This document shows, one piece after another, positions 1-12,634 of a stretch of 64,000 nucleotides of DNA (position 1 is the stretch's first letter; the number at the start of each line of letters is the position of its first letter). Made by a program: the position numbers and the translations under genes. Source of the stretch: an uncultured Solirubrobacterales bacterium (GTDB lineage: Bacteria > Actinomycetota > Thermoleophilia > Solirubrobacterales > 70-9); contig CAWDGR010000002.1 of assembly GCA_963801975.1 (NCBI GenBank), positions 123,642-187,641 of the forward strand, given 5' to 3'. The notes under the pieces are model-generated. The model was not told the origin of the DNA. It searched no databases and saw only the letters and a list, made by a program, of their open reading frames with translations.

Positions 1-759
<759 letters not shown>

Positions 760-935
760 GCCCCCTTACCTGAATTCAGTGCGCTCTCCGGGATCCCGGG
801 GGGCGTACTGAAATTCATGGTAGTTCCACTCATGTATCTGCTTCCTCACCAGAATAAGTGGTTGCCTGTATCTTGACGTACTGGTCTGAAGTGATAGAAG
901 TAGATGTAAGCCACAGGATCAGGAGAGATACAAAA

Positions 936-1376
936 ATGTCAGGTATTGAAGACGCAATCAAACGCATTGAAGAAGCTGCTGTCAAGCAGCGTGACCTAAC
1001 TGTTGAAGAGAGTCGCGCGATCAAGGACGCCGTTGCCAAGGCCTCCCGGGAAGCACGCGACAGTGTGAAGTCCGAGTACAAGGATCGTCGCGCTCAGGTC
1101 AAGAAGGAAGTCAAGGAAGCCGAGAAGGCGGTCAAGGATGCACGGGCCCGGATCGAAAAGGCACTCGGATCGGATACCCAGACCAAGAAGTCACGTGCTC
1201 CCCGGGGCTCGCGGGCGACCACTCTGCACAAGTACTTCAAGGACAACCCGGGTTCGACGGTGTCCGACGCCGCCAAGAGCCAGGGCGTTTCGCCGAACGG
1301 ACTTTACCCCGTCGCCCGCAAGCTGACCGAAGAAGGAAAGCTCAAGAAGGACGGCTCGAAGTACACGGCCGCCTGA
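936..1376 (+). CDS. hypothetical Lys/Glu-rich small protein with possible C-terminal winged-helix DNA-binding module
   Basis: ATG 936 is preceded by AGGAG at 921-925. The N-terminal half is charged and coiled-coil-like (KKEVKEAEKAVKDARARIEKAL). The C-terminal part (LHKYFKDNPGSTVSDAAKSQGVSPNGLYPVARKLTEEGKLKK) looks like a wHTH. It sits in a ~45% GC islet. Confidence 0.6.
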   Translation: MSGIEDAIKRIEEAAVKQRDLTVEESRAIKDAVAKASREARDSVKSEYKDRRAQVKKEVKEAEKAVKDARARIEKALGSDTQTKKSRAPRGSRATTLHKYFKDNPGSTVSDAAKSQGVSPNGLYPVARKLTEEGKLKKDGSKYTAA

Positions 1377-1384
1377 GCGGTCGC

Positions 1385-2401
1385 GTGACGGTGGCCGAAG
1401 GCGGATCAGGCCCGGACAGTCCGGGCGATGCGGGAGGCCGCCCTCGTGTAGTCGTTGCCCGCCGGCTCTTGCCGGCGGGGCTCGAACTGCTCGAGCGACA
1501 GTTCGAAGTCGAGTCCGGTGGCCTCGACTGCGATCAGTCGAAACTGGTCGCCATGGTCCGTGGGGCTGCGGCGATCGTTGCCGATCCGACCGTCCGGATC
1601 GACGAAGAGTTGCTCGATGCGGCCGGCCCCGACCTGCGGCTGGTGGCGAATTTCGCGGTCGGCTTCGACAACGTTGATCGTGCGGCCTGCGCCAGTCGGG
1701 GGGTCCTGGTCACCAATACTCCCGACGTGCTGACCGATGCGACGGCGGAGCTTGCCCTCGGCCTTACCCTCGCGGCGGCCCGGCAGATTCCTGCGGCCGA
1801 GCGAAATCTGCGCGAAGGCGGCTGGTCCGGTTGGGATCCGGCGCAGTACAGGGGAATCGAACTGAGCGGCGCAACCGTCGGAGTGGTCGGGCTCGGTCGG
1901 ATCGGCTTGCGCTACGCAGAGCTGATGGCCGGCTTCGGCGGCGAAACGCTCTACACCTCCCGCAGCCGGAAGCAGACGGCGGAGCAGGGCCTCGGTGCCC
2001 GCCGGGTGGACCTCGAGCAGCTGCTGGCCGAATCCGACGTGGTCAGCCTCCACCTTGCCGCGAGCCCGGAAAACCGCCACATGATCGACGCCGGGGCGAT
2101 CGCGTCGATGAAGCAGGGATCGATACTCATCAATACCGCCCGTGGCTCGCTGGTCGACTCGCAGGCTCTTGCAGCCGCCCTCGCGCAGGGACGGCCCGCC
2201 GCGGCCGGCCTCGACGTCTTCGAGGGCGAGCCGCAGGTACCCCGGTCGCTACTGGATGCCCCCGGGGTGGTGCTGACGCCTCACATCGGCTCGGCGACCT
2301 ACAGATCGCGTGACGCGATGGCGGAACTGGTCGCCGGCAACGTGATCGCGGTGCTTACGGGCGACGGACCACTCAACGAGGTCAGTCCGCCAGAAGGCTG
2401 A
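1385..2401 (+). CDS. D-isomer-specific 2-hydroxyacid dehydrogenase (glyoxylate/hydroxypyruvate reductase family)
   Basis: 338-aa ORF with the NAD-binding motif GVVGLGRIGLRYAE and family motifs NTPDVLTDATAEL, INTARGSLVD and TPHIGSAT. Confidence 0.85.
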   Translation: MTVAEGGSGPDSPGDAGGRPRVVVARRLLPAGLELLERQFEVESGGLDCDQSKLVAMVRGAAAIVADPTVRIDEELLDAAGPDLRLVANFAVGFDNVDRAACASRGVLVTNTPDVLTDATAELALGLTLAAARQIPAAERNLREGGWSGWDPAQYRGIELSGATVGVVGLGRIGLRYAELMAGFGGETLYTSRSRKQTAEQGLGARRVDLEQLLAESDVVSLHLAASPENRHMIDAGAIASMKQGSILINTARGSLVDSQALAAALAQGRPAAAGLDVFEGEPQVPRSLLDAPGVVLTPHIGSATYRSRDAMAELVAGNVIAVLTGDGPLNEVSPPEG

Positions 2402-2409
2402 TCGCGCCT

Positions 2410-3061
2410 TCAGGCCCGGTCCTGCTTGCCGCGCTCCGACTTGCGGGAGCGCGGGACGGTGCGGAAAACGTAGTCCCAGAGCGGACTCGATACTCCGTAT
2501 CCGAAGCGGTGGTCCTGGAAGTGGTGGCGCATGTGGTGCTCGCGGACCATTCGACCTGCGCGTCGTCTTCGGCACGAAGTGGTGGACGTAGTAGTGGGTG
2601 TAGTCGTAAATCAGGTAGCCGATCAGGAAGCCGGCGAAGATCGTGAAGGCGGCCGGGGTTCCGAAGATCAGTACGAAAGCCCCGAGGAAGATCGCGGCCA
2701 GCGGCAGCCCGACCGCCGGCGGCATGACCAGCCTCATCCGATCGTTGGGATGGTCGTGGTGTACGCCGTGAATGATGAAGTTGAGCTGGTCTCCGCCCTT
2801 GAATTTCGGATGCCAGTGAAAGAGCAGGCGATGAAGCCAGTACTCCGACAGGGTCCAGATCAGCAGGCCTGCGAGCGTCAGTCCGATCACCGTGGCCGCC
2901 CCGGAGCCCTGGTCGATGGCAAGCCAGTACATGGCGGCGATCATCGGGATGAAGATCAGTGCCGGGACGGAAGGGTGGACCCTGGAGAAGAAATTCAGAA
3001 AGGAGTTCTCGAAAAGGTCGGGTGATGCGGACAGCTTCGATGTGCGTTCAGACGTACCCAT
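2410..3061 (-). pseudogene. fatty acid hydroxylase / sterol desaturase family membrane protein, frameshifted near 2555-2570
   Basis: His-box motifs HRLLFHW and HGVHHDHPND...YTHYYVHHF lie in the 2249..3061 ORF. After HHFVPKT that frame becomes non-homologous. Another frame reads RMVREHHMRHHFQDHRFGYGVSSPLWDYVFRT...* and ends at TGA (complement of 2410-2412), which also removes the overlap with the upstream dehydrogenase. Confidence 0.8.
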
Positions 3062-3116
3062 GATGTGGCCCGGATGCTAGCGTGAACTACCCCCGAAACT
3101 GAAAGATCTTACGAAT

Positions 3117-4589
<1,473 letters not shown>

Positions 4590-4624
4590 GGCTGTTGTCT
4601 GGCTGCTGAAGCAGCTGCGTTTGC

Positions 4625-4662
4625 GAAAGCGCCCCCGGGTTTCCGGGGGCGCTTTCTGTTTG
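4625..4662 (+). terminator. rho-independent terminator after ahcY
   Basis: Perfect GC-rich hairpin GAAAGCGCCCCCGG-GTTT-CCGGGGGCGCTTTC followed by CTGTTT. Confidence 0.7.
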
Positions 4663-4866
4663 GCTGACCGGGCAGGCCGGGGAAGTCACCGCCTGGTCAC
4701 ATGGCCGAGCCCCGCCGTGCCGCGTCAGGGCCTCGCCGCGTCGCGCCGGGTCTAAGCGGGCGGCGCGATTGTCTCTCCCCGGGTCGCAGGGCGGCGAGCA
4801 CCCAAAATGCGGGGTTGTTGCAACGGTGTGAAAACTGGATTGCTGCGATTTGCGGAATCACCGGCG

Positions 4867-5160
4867 ATGGGATCGGGGTCGTCCTGCTTGGATGGCCCCG
4901 TGGCCGGCCGCAAGACAGATGCTCCCAAGTGCGAGGACTGCTACTTCCGCAAGAAGATGCTCTGCGCGCTCGACCTCGAAGAGCCTTGCTCGACCTTTCG
5001 CCCCAGCCGCCCCGAAGGGCTCGTGCCCCCGAGGCAGCCGGTGCTGCTGCTGAGGCCGCCGCGTTGGGCCGACGACCGCCGGATCACCGCTGGTGACCCG
5101 AACGAGTCGGCGCCCGCGATGCCCGCCGGCAGGCCGGCGGTTTCGCCGGCGGGCGCCTGA
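4867..5160 (+). CDS. hypothetical small Cys-rich protein
   Basis: ATG 4867. High third-position GC. Cys pattern CEDCYFRKKMLCALDLEEPCSTFRP followed by a Pro/Arg-rich tail. No family recognised, and overlapping alternative ORFs exist. Confidence 0.4.
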   Translation: MGSGSSCLDGPVAGRKTDAPKCEDCYFRKKMLCALDLEEPCSTFRPSRPEGLVPPRQPVLLLRPPRWADDRRITAGDPNESAPAMPAGRPAVSPAGA

Positions 5161-5243
5161 GTCGCGCCCTGCTTCCTGAAAGCGGCCTGCCAGGCAGTCG
5201 TTCGTGAATACGGGATTTGTGCGGGAGGCATAACCTTTTCTCG

Positions 5244-6035
5244 ATGAAGTTGTCCGTCCTCGGAAAGTCACCGGCGTGGCAGGATGCCGGCGGGGCATGC
5301 AGTGGCTACCTGGTGAGCCAGGACGATTCGACGATCCTGCTCGACTGCGGCAACGGAGTCTTCGGCAAGCTGCGCAAGTACTGCGACTACGTCGATATCG
5401 ACGCGATCTTCATTTCGCATCTGCACGCCGATCACTTTCTGGATCTGGTGCCGTTCGCCTTCGGACTGACCCACGCCCCGCGTCAGCAGCCGGTACCGGT
5501 CGGACCCTGGCCGGGGACCGACAACCCGGCCCGGCCCGTTCTGTTCGGACCACCTGGCGCCCGAGACGCCTTCAAGAAGGTCTGCGAGATCTGGGGAATG
5601 TGCTCACTGATTGAAGACGCTTTCGACTTCCGGGAGTACGACCCGTCCGAACGGATCACCGTGGGTGGGATGCAGATCACCTTCAGGGAGGTCCCTCACT
5701 ACGTCGAAACCTGGGCCATGGAGGTCGTGGGACCGGGTGGTGGCCGACTCACCTACGGAGCCGACTGCAGGCCGAACGAAGCTCTTGTCGAGTTTGCGAG
5801 AGATACCGACCTGCTGATCGCCGAGGCGACCCTGCCACGGCCTGAGCGCCACGGGGTGAGGGGCCACCTGACTCCCGGCGAGGCGGGCGAGCACGCCGCG
5901 GCCGCCGGCGCGAAGCGACTGCTGTTGACCCACATCTCTGACGAGCTCGATCCCGAATGGGCCGCTGCGGAGGCAGCCAAGGCCTTCGACGGGCCGCTCG
6001 AAGTGGCGTCCGAGGGGATGGAGATCGACGTCTAG
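5244..6035 (+). CDS. MBL-fold metallo-hydrolase (RNase Z / beta-lactamase superfamily)
   Basis: MKLSVLGKSPAW...LLDCGNG...ISHLHADHFLDL (HxHxDH motif)...LLTHISDE. Confidence 0.85.
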   Translation: MKLSVLGKSPAWQDAGGACSGYLVSQDDSTILLDCGNGVFGKLRKYCDYVDIDAIFISHLHADHFLDLVPFAFGLTHAPRQQPVPVGPWPGTDNPARPVLFGPPGARDAFKKVCEIWGMCSLIEDAFDFREYDPSERITVGGMQITFREVPHYVETWAMEVVGPGGGRLTYGADCRPNEALVEFARDTDLLIAEATLPRPERHGVRGHLTPGEAGEHAAAAGAKRLLLTHISDELDPEWAAAEAAKAFDGPLEVASEGMEIDV

Positions 6036-6046
6036 ACTGTCTGTCC

Positions 6047-6481
6047 ATGTCTGAACGTGACCTTTTCGCAAACTTCGCCCGGATGCGCCGCGAGATGGAC
6101 GAGATGCTCGGCGGCAGCTGGGGCCGGAGCAGCTACATCAGCCGCCGCGCCAGTGGCTTCTCACCGAACGTGGACGTCTACTACTGCGGCAGTCCGCAAC
6201 GAGCCGTGGTCAAGTGTGACCTTGCGGGGGTCGACCCCGCCACCGTCGGCATCGAGGTCGGCGGCCGCCAGCTCAAGATCGTCGGCGAGCGTGCCGTTCA
6301 GGAGACCGAGGGGCGGGTATACCAGCAGGTCGAGATCCCCACGGGACCGTTCCGGCACATCGTCGAGCTTCAGGTCGATGTCGATCCTGACCGGGCCGAA
6401 GCCTCTTACGAAGACGGCATCCTCCGGATCGAGCTTGCCGCTGCGCGACGATGCCCAGCTGACCCGGCGGGTGCCCGTTGA
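6047..6481 (+). CDS. Hsp20/alpha-crystallin family small heat-shock protein (C-terminus possibly frame-shifted near 6434-6440)
   Basis: ATG 6047. Alpha-crystallin core PNVDVYY...VVKCDLAGVDP...LKIVGER...ASYEDGILRIEL. An alternative frame after RIEL reads PLRDDAQLTRRVPVDHRG...* and ends at 6510-6512, overlapping the lon ATG. That reading looks more typical of the family. Confidence 0.82.
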   Translation: MSERDLFANFARMRREMDEMLGGSWGRSSYISRRASGFSPNVDVYYCGSPQRAVVKCDLAGVDPATVGIEVGGRQLKIVGERAVQETEGRVYQQVEIPTGPFRHIVELQVDVDPDRAEASYEDGILRIELAAARRCPADPAGAR

Positions 6482-6504
6482 TCACCGGGGAGCCGGTGGA
6501 TCCG

Positions 6505-8940
6505 ATGGCTGACGGCACGGAGGAGAGAACGCTTTCCGGCGAGGCGGCGGTCGAGTCGGTGCCCGTCCTCGAGGTTGTCGAGAGCGGCCAGGAGGAAGCG
6601 GCGATCAGGGCCAGCGAAGCACTGCCCGACGCGATGCCGGTGCTGCCGCTGAGGGATACCGTCGCTTACCCGGATACGCTGGCGCCGCTCGGCGTCGGCC
6701 AGGAGCGCTCGATCAAGCTGGTCGACGACGTGCTCGCCGCGAACAGGATGCTGGTGATGGTCGCATCGACCGAGCCCGAAGAGGATGCGCCGTCTCCCGA
6801 CCAGCTCTACGACGTCGGTGTGGTCGGAGTCGTCACCCGGATGCTGAAGGTGCCGGACGGCTCGATCCGGGTGCTGGTGCAGGGCAGCCAGCGGGTCAGG
6901 CTCGGCCCCTACGTCGCCGAGGAGCCCTATCTGGTCGCCCGGATCACCGAGATGCCCGACGAGATCGAGGATACGCCCGAGCTCGAGGCACTCAGCCGGA
7001 ACGTCCAGAGCACCTTCTCGGAAATCATCGAACAGATTCCGTACCTGCCGGAGGAACTCCAGATGGCGGTGGCGAACGTCGACGAGCCGTCCGCCCTGTC
7101 TCATCTGATCGCGGGTGCGCTGCGCATCCCGACCGAGGAGAAGCAGTCGCTGCTCGAAGAGGTGGATGTCTCGAAGCGGCTCCGGATGCTCTCGGGGATC
7201 CTCGCCCGCGAGCTCGAGGTGATCCAGCTCGGATCCCAGATCCAGTCGGAAGTCCAGTCGTCGATCGACAAGGGCCAGCGTGAGTACTTTCTGCGTGAGC
7301 AGCTCAAGGCGATTCAGGCCGAACTCGGGGAGGAAGACGAGACGGTGGCCGAGGCCAACGAGTTGCGCGAGCGGATCGAGCAGGCGGGCTTGCCGGAGCA
7401 GGCCCTGCAGGCGGCCGAGCGTGAACTGTCGAGGCTGGAGAAGCTGCCGCCGGCCGCGGCCGAGCACGGTGTGATCCGTACCTACCTCGAATGGCTGGTC
7501 GACCTTCCGTGGAATACCGAGACCGAAGACAACCTCGACATCGACCACGCCGAAGCGGTCCTCAACGAGGACCACTACGACATGGAGAAGATCAAGGACC
7601 GGATTCTCGAGTACCTCGCGGTGCGCAAGCTGAACCCCGAATCACCCGGGCCGATCCTCTGCTTCGTCGGACCTCCGGGCGTCGGCAAGACGAGCCTCGG
7701 CAAGTCGATCGCCAGGGCGCTGGGCCGCGAGTTCGAGCGGATTTCCGTCGGCGGGGTCAGGGACGAGGCCGAGATCCGCGGCCACCGGCGGACCTACGTC
7801 GGTGCGATGCCCGGCACGATCGTGCGGGCCCTCAGGGACGCCGGCTCGCGCAACCCCGTTTTCATGATCGACGAGATCGACAAGATGGGCTCCGACTTCC
7901 GCGGCGACCCGTCCTCGGCAATGCTCGAAGTTCTGGACCCGGCCCAGAACGACTCCTTCCGAGACCACTACCTCGACATGCCGTTCGACCTCTCGGATGT
8001 GATGTTCATCGCCACGGCCAACGTGCTCGACACCATTCCGGGTCCGCTGCGAGACCGCATGGAGACCATCCAGCTGGCGGGCTACACGGTCGACGAGAAG
8101 CGCCACATCGCCCGTCGTTACCTGGTTCCGAGGCAGATCAGGGCCAACGGCCTGAAGCCGAAGCAGATCGCCTTCACCGACCCGGCGCTCACCGCGATCA
8201 TCGAGGAGTACACACGCGAGGCAGGCGTACGCAGCCTCGAACGCGAGATCGGCACGGTCTGCCGCAAGGTCGCGAGGGTGTTCGCCGAAAACGACGGCGA
8301 GGGCAAGAAGGTCAAGGTCTCCGGCAAGCGGGTACGTGAGCTTCTCGGCAGGCGCCGGGTCTTCTCCGAGACCCGCAGGAGGACCAAGATCCCGGGTGTT
8401 TCGACCGGCCTGGCATGGACCCCGACCGGAGGCGACGTGCTCTTCATCGAGGCGACGGCCATGCCCGGCAACGGCAAGCTGGTCATCACCGGCCAGCTCG
8501 GTGACGTGATGCGGGAGTCGGCCCAGGCGGCCCTGTCCTACGTGCGCGCCAATGCCAAGAAGGTCGCGCCTGACGTCGACGTCAAGTGGTTCGCCCAGAA
8601 CGACATCCACATCCATGTGCCGGCGGGCGCGGTTCCCAAGGACGGCCCTTCGGCCGGCGTGGCGATCACCGTGGCGCTGGTTTCCCTGATCACCGGCAGG
8701 CCGGTCCGCAACGACGTCGCCATGACCGGCGAGGTGACGCTGACCGGGCAGGTGCTGCCGATCGGAGGAGTGAAGGAGAAATCACTCGCCGCGCAGCGGG
8801 CCGGGATCAAGAAAGTCATCCTTCCGAGCCGCAACGAAGGCGAGGTCGACGAGATCCCGGAGTACGAGAGAACCGGCGTCGAGTTCGCCTACGCGGGCAA
8901 GGTCGGCGAGGCACTCGAGGTCGCACTGGAGCACAAGTGA
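6505..8940 (+). CDS. lon: ATP-dependent Lon protease (endopeptidase La)
   Basis: LON N-domain (PVLPLRDTVAYPDT), Walker A GPPGVGKTS, and protease domain with catalytic-Ser context PKDGPSAGVAI. Uninterrupted for about 811 aa. Confidence 0.97.
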   Translation: MADGTEERTLSGEAAVESVPVLEVVESGQEEAAIRASEALPDAMPVLPLRDTVAYPDTLAPLGVGQERSIKLVDDVLAANRMLVMVASTEPEEDAPSPDQLYDVGVVGVVTRMLKVPDGSIRVLVQGSQRVRLGPYVAEEPYLVARITEMPDEIEDTPELEALSRNVQSTFSEIIEQIPYLPEELQMAVANVDEPSALSHLIAGALRIPTEEKQSLLEEVDVSKRLRMLSGILARELEVIQLGSQIQSEVQSSIDKGQREYFLREQLKAIQAELGEEDETVAEANELRERIEQAGLPEQALQAAERELSRLEKLPPAAAEHGVIRTYLEWLVDLPWNTETEDNLDIDHAEAVLNEDHYDMEKIKDRILEYLAVRKLNPESPGPILCFVGPPGVGKTSLGKSIARALGREFERISVGGVRDEAEIRGHRRTYVGAMPGTIVRALRDAGSRNPVFMIDEIDKMGSDFRGDPSSAMLEVLDPAQNDSFRDHYLDMPFDLSDVMFIATANVLDTIPGPLRDRMETIQLAGYTVDEKRHIARRYLVPRQIRANGLKPKQIAFTDPALTAIIEEYTREAGVRSLEREIGTVCRKVARVFAENDGEGKKVKVSGKRVRELLGRRRVFSETRRRTKIPGVSTGLAWTPTGGDVLFIEATAMPGNGKLVITGQLGDVMRESAQAALSYVRANAKKVAPDVDVKWFAQNDIHIHVPAGAVPKDGPSAGVAITVALVSLITGRPVRNDVAMTGEVTLTGQVLPIGGVKEKSLAAQRAGIKKVILPSRNEGEVDEIPEYERTGVEFAYAGKVGEALEVALEHK

Positions 8941-9014
8941 CGGCATGATCGCTATCCTCGGGGCAGACCTTCAGACAGACACGACCAGACTTGAACGAAA
9001 GAAGTGAGGGGCGA

Positions 9015-9485
9015 ATGAGCAAGGCAGACATCTCAAGCAAGGCCGGCAAGGCATACACCTCCGCCCGCGACAACACCTACGTGCGCCGTCTGATCGAGGA
9101 CGAAGAGCTGCGTGCGAGCATCATCGCGGCCGCCGTAGCTGCCAAGAGCGCCTACGGCCGGGTCCAGTCCAGCAAGTCTTCGGCCGTCGAGTCGGTCACC
9201 AACGACCGCAAGGTCAAGCGTGAGTTGAGCGAAGCGGCAGATTCCCTTCGCGATGCCGCCGAGCGCCTGCGCGAAGGCCCGAAGAAGAAGCGCCACCCGA
9301 TCCGCAACCTGATCGGCCTCGGCCTGCTGACCGGCGGCCTGGTGCTCGTCTTCAGCGAGTCGGCGCGCAAGACCGTGCTCGACGCCGTATTTGGTGCCGA
9401 GGAAGAATTCGTCTACACGTCGACCACTTCCGTTCCGCCGGCAGAGTCCGCCGCGCAGACCAACGGAACTCCGGTAGCCGACTAG
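9015..9485 (+). CDS. hypothetical membrane-anchored protein
   Basis: ATG 9015 with GAGGGG at 9005-9010. Helical N-terminal part, one predicted TM segment ([18 protein letters not shown]), and a short C-terminal tail. Confidence 0.6.
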   Translation: MSKADISSKAGKAYTSARDNTYVRRLIEDEELRASIIAAAVAAKSAYGRVQSSKSSAVESVTNDRKVKRELSEAADSLRDAAERLREGPKKKRHPIRNLIGLGLLTGGLVLVFSESARKTVLDAVFGAEEEFVYTSTTSVPPAESAAQTNGTPVAD

Positions 9486-9515
9486 CCGAACTGAAAGATC
9501 GCGGCAGCACCGGAG

Positions 9516-9537
9516 CGGGGCCGATGAGCCCCGTTTT
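9516..9537 (+). terminator. rho-independent terminator
   Basis: Hairpin CGGGGC-CGATGA-GCCCCG followed by TTTT. Confidence 0.6.
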
Positions 9538-9555
9538 CGGTCTCTGCCACCTCTC

Positions 9556-11388
9556 ATGGAGCGCCGGGAAGACATACGAAACATCGCCATCGTGGCCCAT
9601 GTGGACCACGGCAAGACGACCCTGGTCGATGCCATGCTCTGGCAGTCCGGGGCGTTTCGCCAGGGTCAGGACGTTGATGACAGGGTCATGGACTCGATGG
9701 ATCTGGAGCGTGAGAAGGGCATCACGATCCTCGCCAAGAACACCGCGGTCCGTTACGGCGACGTAAAGCTGAACATCATCGACACTCCGGGTCACGCCGA
9801 CTTCGGTGGCGAGGTCGAGCGCGGTCTGACCATGGTCGACGGCGTCGTGCTGCTGGTCGATTCCTCGGAGGGTCCGCTTCCCCAGACCCGCTTCGTGCTC
9901 GGCAAGGCCCTCGAGGCGGGACTGCCGGTGATTCTCGTGGTCAACAAGGTCGACCGTCCCGATGCCCGGATCGCCGAAGTCGTGGACGAGGTCTACGAAC
10001 TGTTCATGGATCTCGGTGCCGAAGGGGACCAGATCGAGTTCCCGATCGTCTATACGAACGCGAAGGCCGGCTGGGCCTCACTCACCGAGGGAGAAGAGGG
10101 CAAGGACCTCGTCCCGCTGATGGACCTGATGGTCGAGCACATCCCGGCGCCCGAGTTCGATCCCGAGCACCCGGCCCAGGCCTACGTGACGAACCTCGAC
10201 GCATCCCCCTACCTCGGCCGGCTGGCACTCTGCCGGGTCATGCACGGCACGATCCGGTCGGGAGCACCGGTTGCCTGGTGCCGCGCCAACGGCGAAATCG
10301 AGCGGGCGACTGTCTCCGAACTCTTCGTAACCGAGGCCCTGGAGAGGGTCCCTGCCGACGAAGCCGGTCCGGGGGAGATCATCGCCGTCGCGGGACTGCC
10401 GGACGTGACTATCGGAGAAACCCTCGCCGACCTCGAAGACGCCCGCCCGCTGCCGGTGATCGAAGTCGACGAACCGTCGCTTTCGATCGAGGTCGGCATC
10501 AACACTTCACCGCTGGCGGGTCGTGAAGGAAGCAAGGTCACCGCCCGCCAGATCCAGAACCGGCTCGACCAGGAACTGCTCGGCAACGTTTCGATCCGGG
10601 TCCTGCCGACCGAGCGCCCCGACGCCTGGGAGGTCCAGGGCCGTGGCGAGCTGCAGCTGGTCGTGCTGCTCGAGATCATGCGGCGCGAAGGCTTCGAGCT
10701 GACCGCGGGCCAGCCGCGCGTGGTCACCCGCGAGGTCGACGGCGAGATCCACGAGCCGATGGAGGCGCTTCAGGTCGACGTGCCGGAGGAGTTCGTCGGA
10801 GCTGTGACTCAGCTTCTGGCAGCTCGCAAAGGTCGCATGGAAAACATGGTCGCCCAGTCGGACAGCCGCAACCGGCTCGACTACGTCATACCGGCCCGCG
10901 GCCTGGTCGGCTTCAGGACCGAATTCCTGACCGAAACACGCGGAACCGGCATCATGAACCACGTCTTTCACGCCTGGGAACCCTGGGCCGGTGACATCAC
11001 GACCCGCAGCACCGGCTCGCTCGTGGCCGACCGCAAGGGTTCCACCGCCAGCTTCGCGCTGTTCGGCCTGCAGGAGCGGGGCGGACTGTTCGTCGGGCCC
11101 GGCGAGGAGGTCTACGAAGGCATGATCGTGGGCGAGCACACCCGAGCCAACGACCTCGACGTGAACGCCGTCAAGGAGAAGCAGCTGACCAACATGCGCT
11201 CGGCAAACTCGGACGTTCTGGTCCGGCTGACCCCGCCCAAGGACCTGACCCTCGAGTCGGCGATCGAGTTCCTGCGCTCCGACGAGGCGGTCGAGATCAC
11301 CCCCGAGACACTCAGGCTGCGCAAGGTCGTGCTCGACGGCACCGAGCGGGCCAAGGCCGCCCGCAGGATCAAGAACCTCTCGCGATAG
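9556..11388 (+). CDS. typA: translational GTPase TypA/BipA
   Basis: 610 aa with G1 [10 protein letters not shown]3 DTPGHADF, G4 NKVD, and full-length BipA-like C-terminal domains. Confidence 0.97.
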   Translation: MERREDIRNIAIVAHVDHGKTTLVDAMLWQSGAFRQGQDVDDRVMDSMDLEREKGITILAKNTAVRYGDVKLNIIDTPGHADFGGEVERGLTMVDGVVLLVDSSEGPLPQTRFVLGKALEAGLPVILVVNKVDRPDARIAEVVDEVYELFMDLGAEGDQIEFPIVYTNAKAGWASLTEGEEGKDLVPLMDLMVEHIPAPEFDPEHPAQAYVTNLDASPYLGRLALCRVMHGTIRSGAPVAWCRANGEIERATVSELFVTEALERVPADEAGPGEIIAVAGLPDVTIGETLADLEDARPLPVIEVDEPSLSIEVGINTSPLAGREGSKVTARQIQNRLDQELLGNVSIRVLPTERPDAWEVQGRGELQLVVLLEIMRREGFELTAGQPRVVTREVDGEIHEPMEALQVDVPEEFVGAVTQLLAARKGRMENMVAQSDSRNRLDYVIPARGLVGFRTEFLTETRGTGIMNHVFHAWEPWAGDITTRSTGSLVADRKGSTASFALFGLQERGGLFVGPGEEVYEGMIVGEHTRANDLDVNAVKEKQLTNMRSANSDVLVRLTPPKDLTLESAIEFLRSDEAVEITPETLRLRKVVLDGTERAKAARRIKNLSR

Positions 11389-11420
11389 GAACGGAAACGG
11401 ACGGCGAGCCAGGTCGGGTC

Positions 11421-12503
11421 TCAGGCGTCCATACGGGATCGCGCCGAGCGGACTTCGCCCACCGCCTCTTCGCGGGTCATTCCGAGTCCGATCAGCAGGT
11501 CGGTTGCGGTCGCCCGGACCTGGGAGATGATCACGCTGACCGCCATGTTGGAGGTCACGTCAAGGGCGGCGGTGGCGGTCGCGGCGGCCCTGAGTGCCGC
11601 TTCACGGGTCGCAGAATGGCGTGGAGCACCGCCCAGGTGCTGGTCCAGCGAGCGCACGGCGGCGGCCAGATCCCGAATCGAGTCCGTCGCGGCGGGCGGA
11701 ACGTGCTCGTCGAGGTCGATCGCGCGTACCGAGGCCCTGGCCAGAACCCGTGTATTGCGGATCATCAGGTCAACCGGTTCGGCCGCCGCGGAAAGCTGGT
11801 CCACACGACCGCGCAGCGGTCTGCGCAGCGGGGAGAGCGAGATCGTTTCCCGGCCCGCCTCGACCGCGATCATCATTTCCCGCACCGCCGGGTCGAGCGA
11901 GCGGGCCCGTTCGAGAGCGGCGTTTATCTCTTCGGAACTGGAGTGTTCGAGGGCGTCGGCGATGTCGACCAGGGTTCCGGAGAGGCGGGAAAGCAGCGGC
12001 TTGAGGTGCCGGCGGACAAGCCGCACCGGGTCGACGGGCGTCAGTGCGTTCGCTGCCAGGGCGATCGAACCACCGATCATGGCGTCGACGAAGCGGGTCA
12101 CCGTGTCGGCTACGTCCGGTGCGGCCAGCGTTGCCACCAGCACCGCCGAGACGGCGGCCTGGTTGACCAGCAGCACTCCACCGCCGGAGAGTACGGCCGC
12201 CGCCATGGCCAGCCCGACCACCAGGATCAGCTGCCAGGTACCGGTACCGGTGACGAGCACGATCAGGTCGGCGATCGCGATGCCGAGCGCGACTCCGAGG
12301 GCGACTTCGTAGGCCCGGCGGCCGCGTCGCTCGATCGCCAGCCCCAGGACCAGTACGACCGCGATGGGAGCGAAGAACGGCTGCTCGTGCCCGAAGACCT
12401 TGGTCGCGATCAGCCAGGCCAGTCCGGCCGCCGCGCCGACCTGCAGGATCCGCCACCAGGCGAATCGAAGCGCGGCCAGCCGCTGCTCGGCTGTGCGCCG
12501 CAT
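11421..12503 (-). CDS. FUSC / aromatic-acid-exporter family membrane protein
   Basis: N-terminal polytopic region (WRILQVGAAAGLAWLIATKVFGHEQPFFAPIAVVLVLG...) followed by a long helical cytoplasmic domain. The start at MRRTAEQ (12503) is chosen over the longer ORF. Confidence 0.7.
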   Translation of the reverse strand: MRRTAEQRLAALRFAWWRILQVGAAAGLAWLIATKVFGHEQPFFAPIAVVLVLGLAIERRGRRAYEVALGVALGIAIADLIVLVTGTGTWQLILVVGLAMAAAVLSGGGVLLVNQAAVSAVLVATLAAPDVADTVTRFVDAMIGGSIALAANALTPVDPVRLVRRHLKPLLSRLSGTLVDIADALEHSSSEEINAALERARSLDPAVREMMIAVEAGRETISLSPLRRPLRGRVDQLSAAAEPVDLMIRNTRVLARASVRAIDLDEHVPPAATDSIRDLAAAVRSLDQHLGGAPRHSATREAALRAAATATAALDVTSNMAVSVIISQVRATATDLLIGLGMTREEAVGEVRSARSRMDA

Positions 12504-12634
12504 GCGGGCCCGTCTGGTCGGTAGCTCGTGGGTTGCGGTCGGGGACACGCTCCAACTATGCCACCCCGCCACCGGGCGCACCTGCGGCCGGCCGGGCGGG
12601 TGGATTCAGAGCGCGACAGGCGGCAGGGGCCGCC

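Noticed and set aside
3062-3116. Possible SAH riboswitch upstream of ahcY.
   Set aside because: Only about 55 nt separate the divergent start codons. I see no pseudoknot-forming GC-rich SAH-element-like sequence, and the space is too short.
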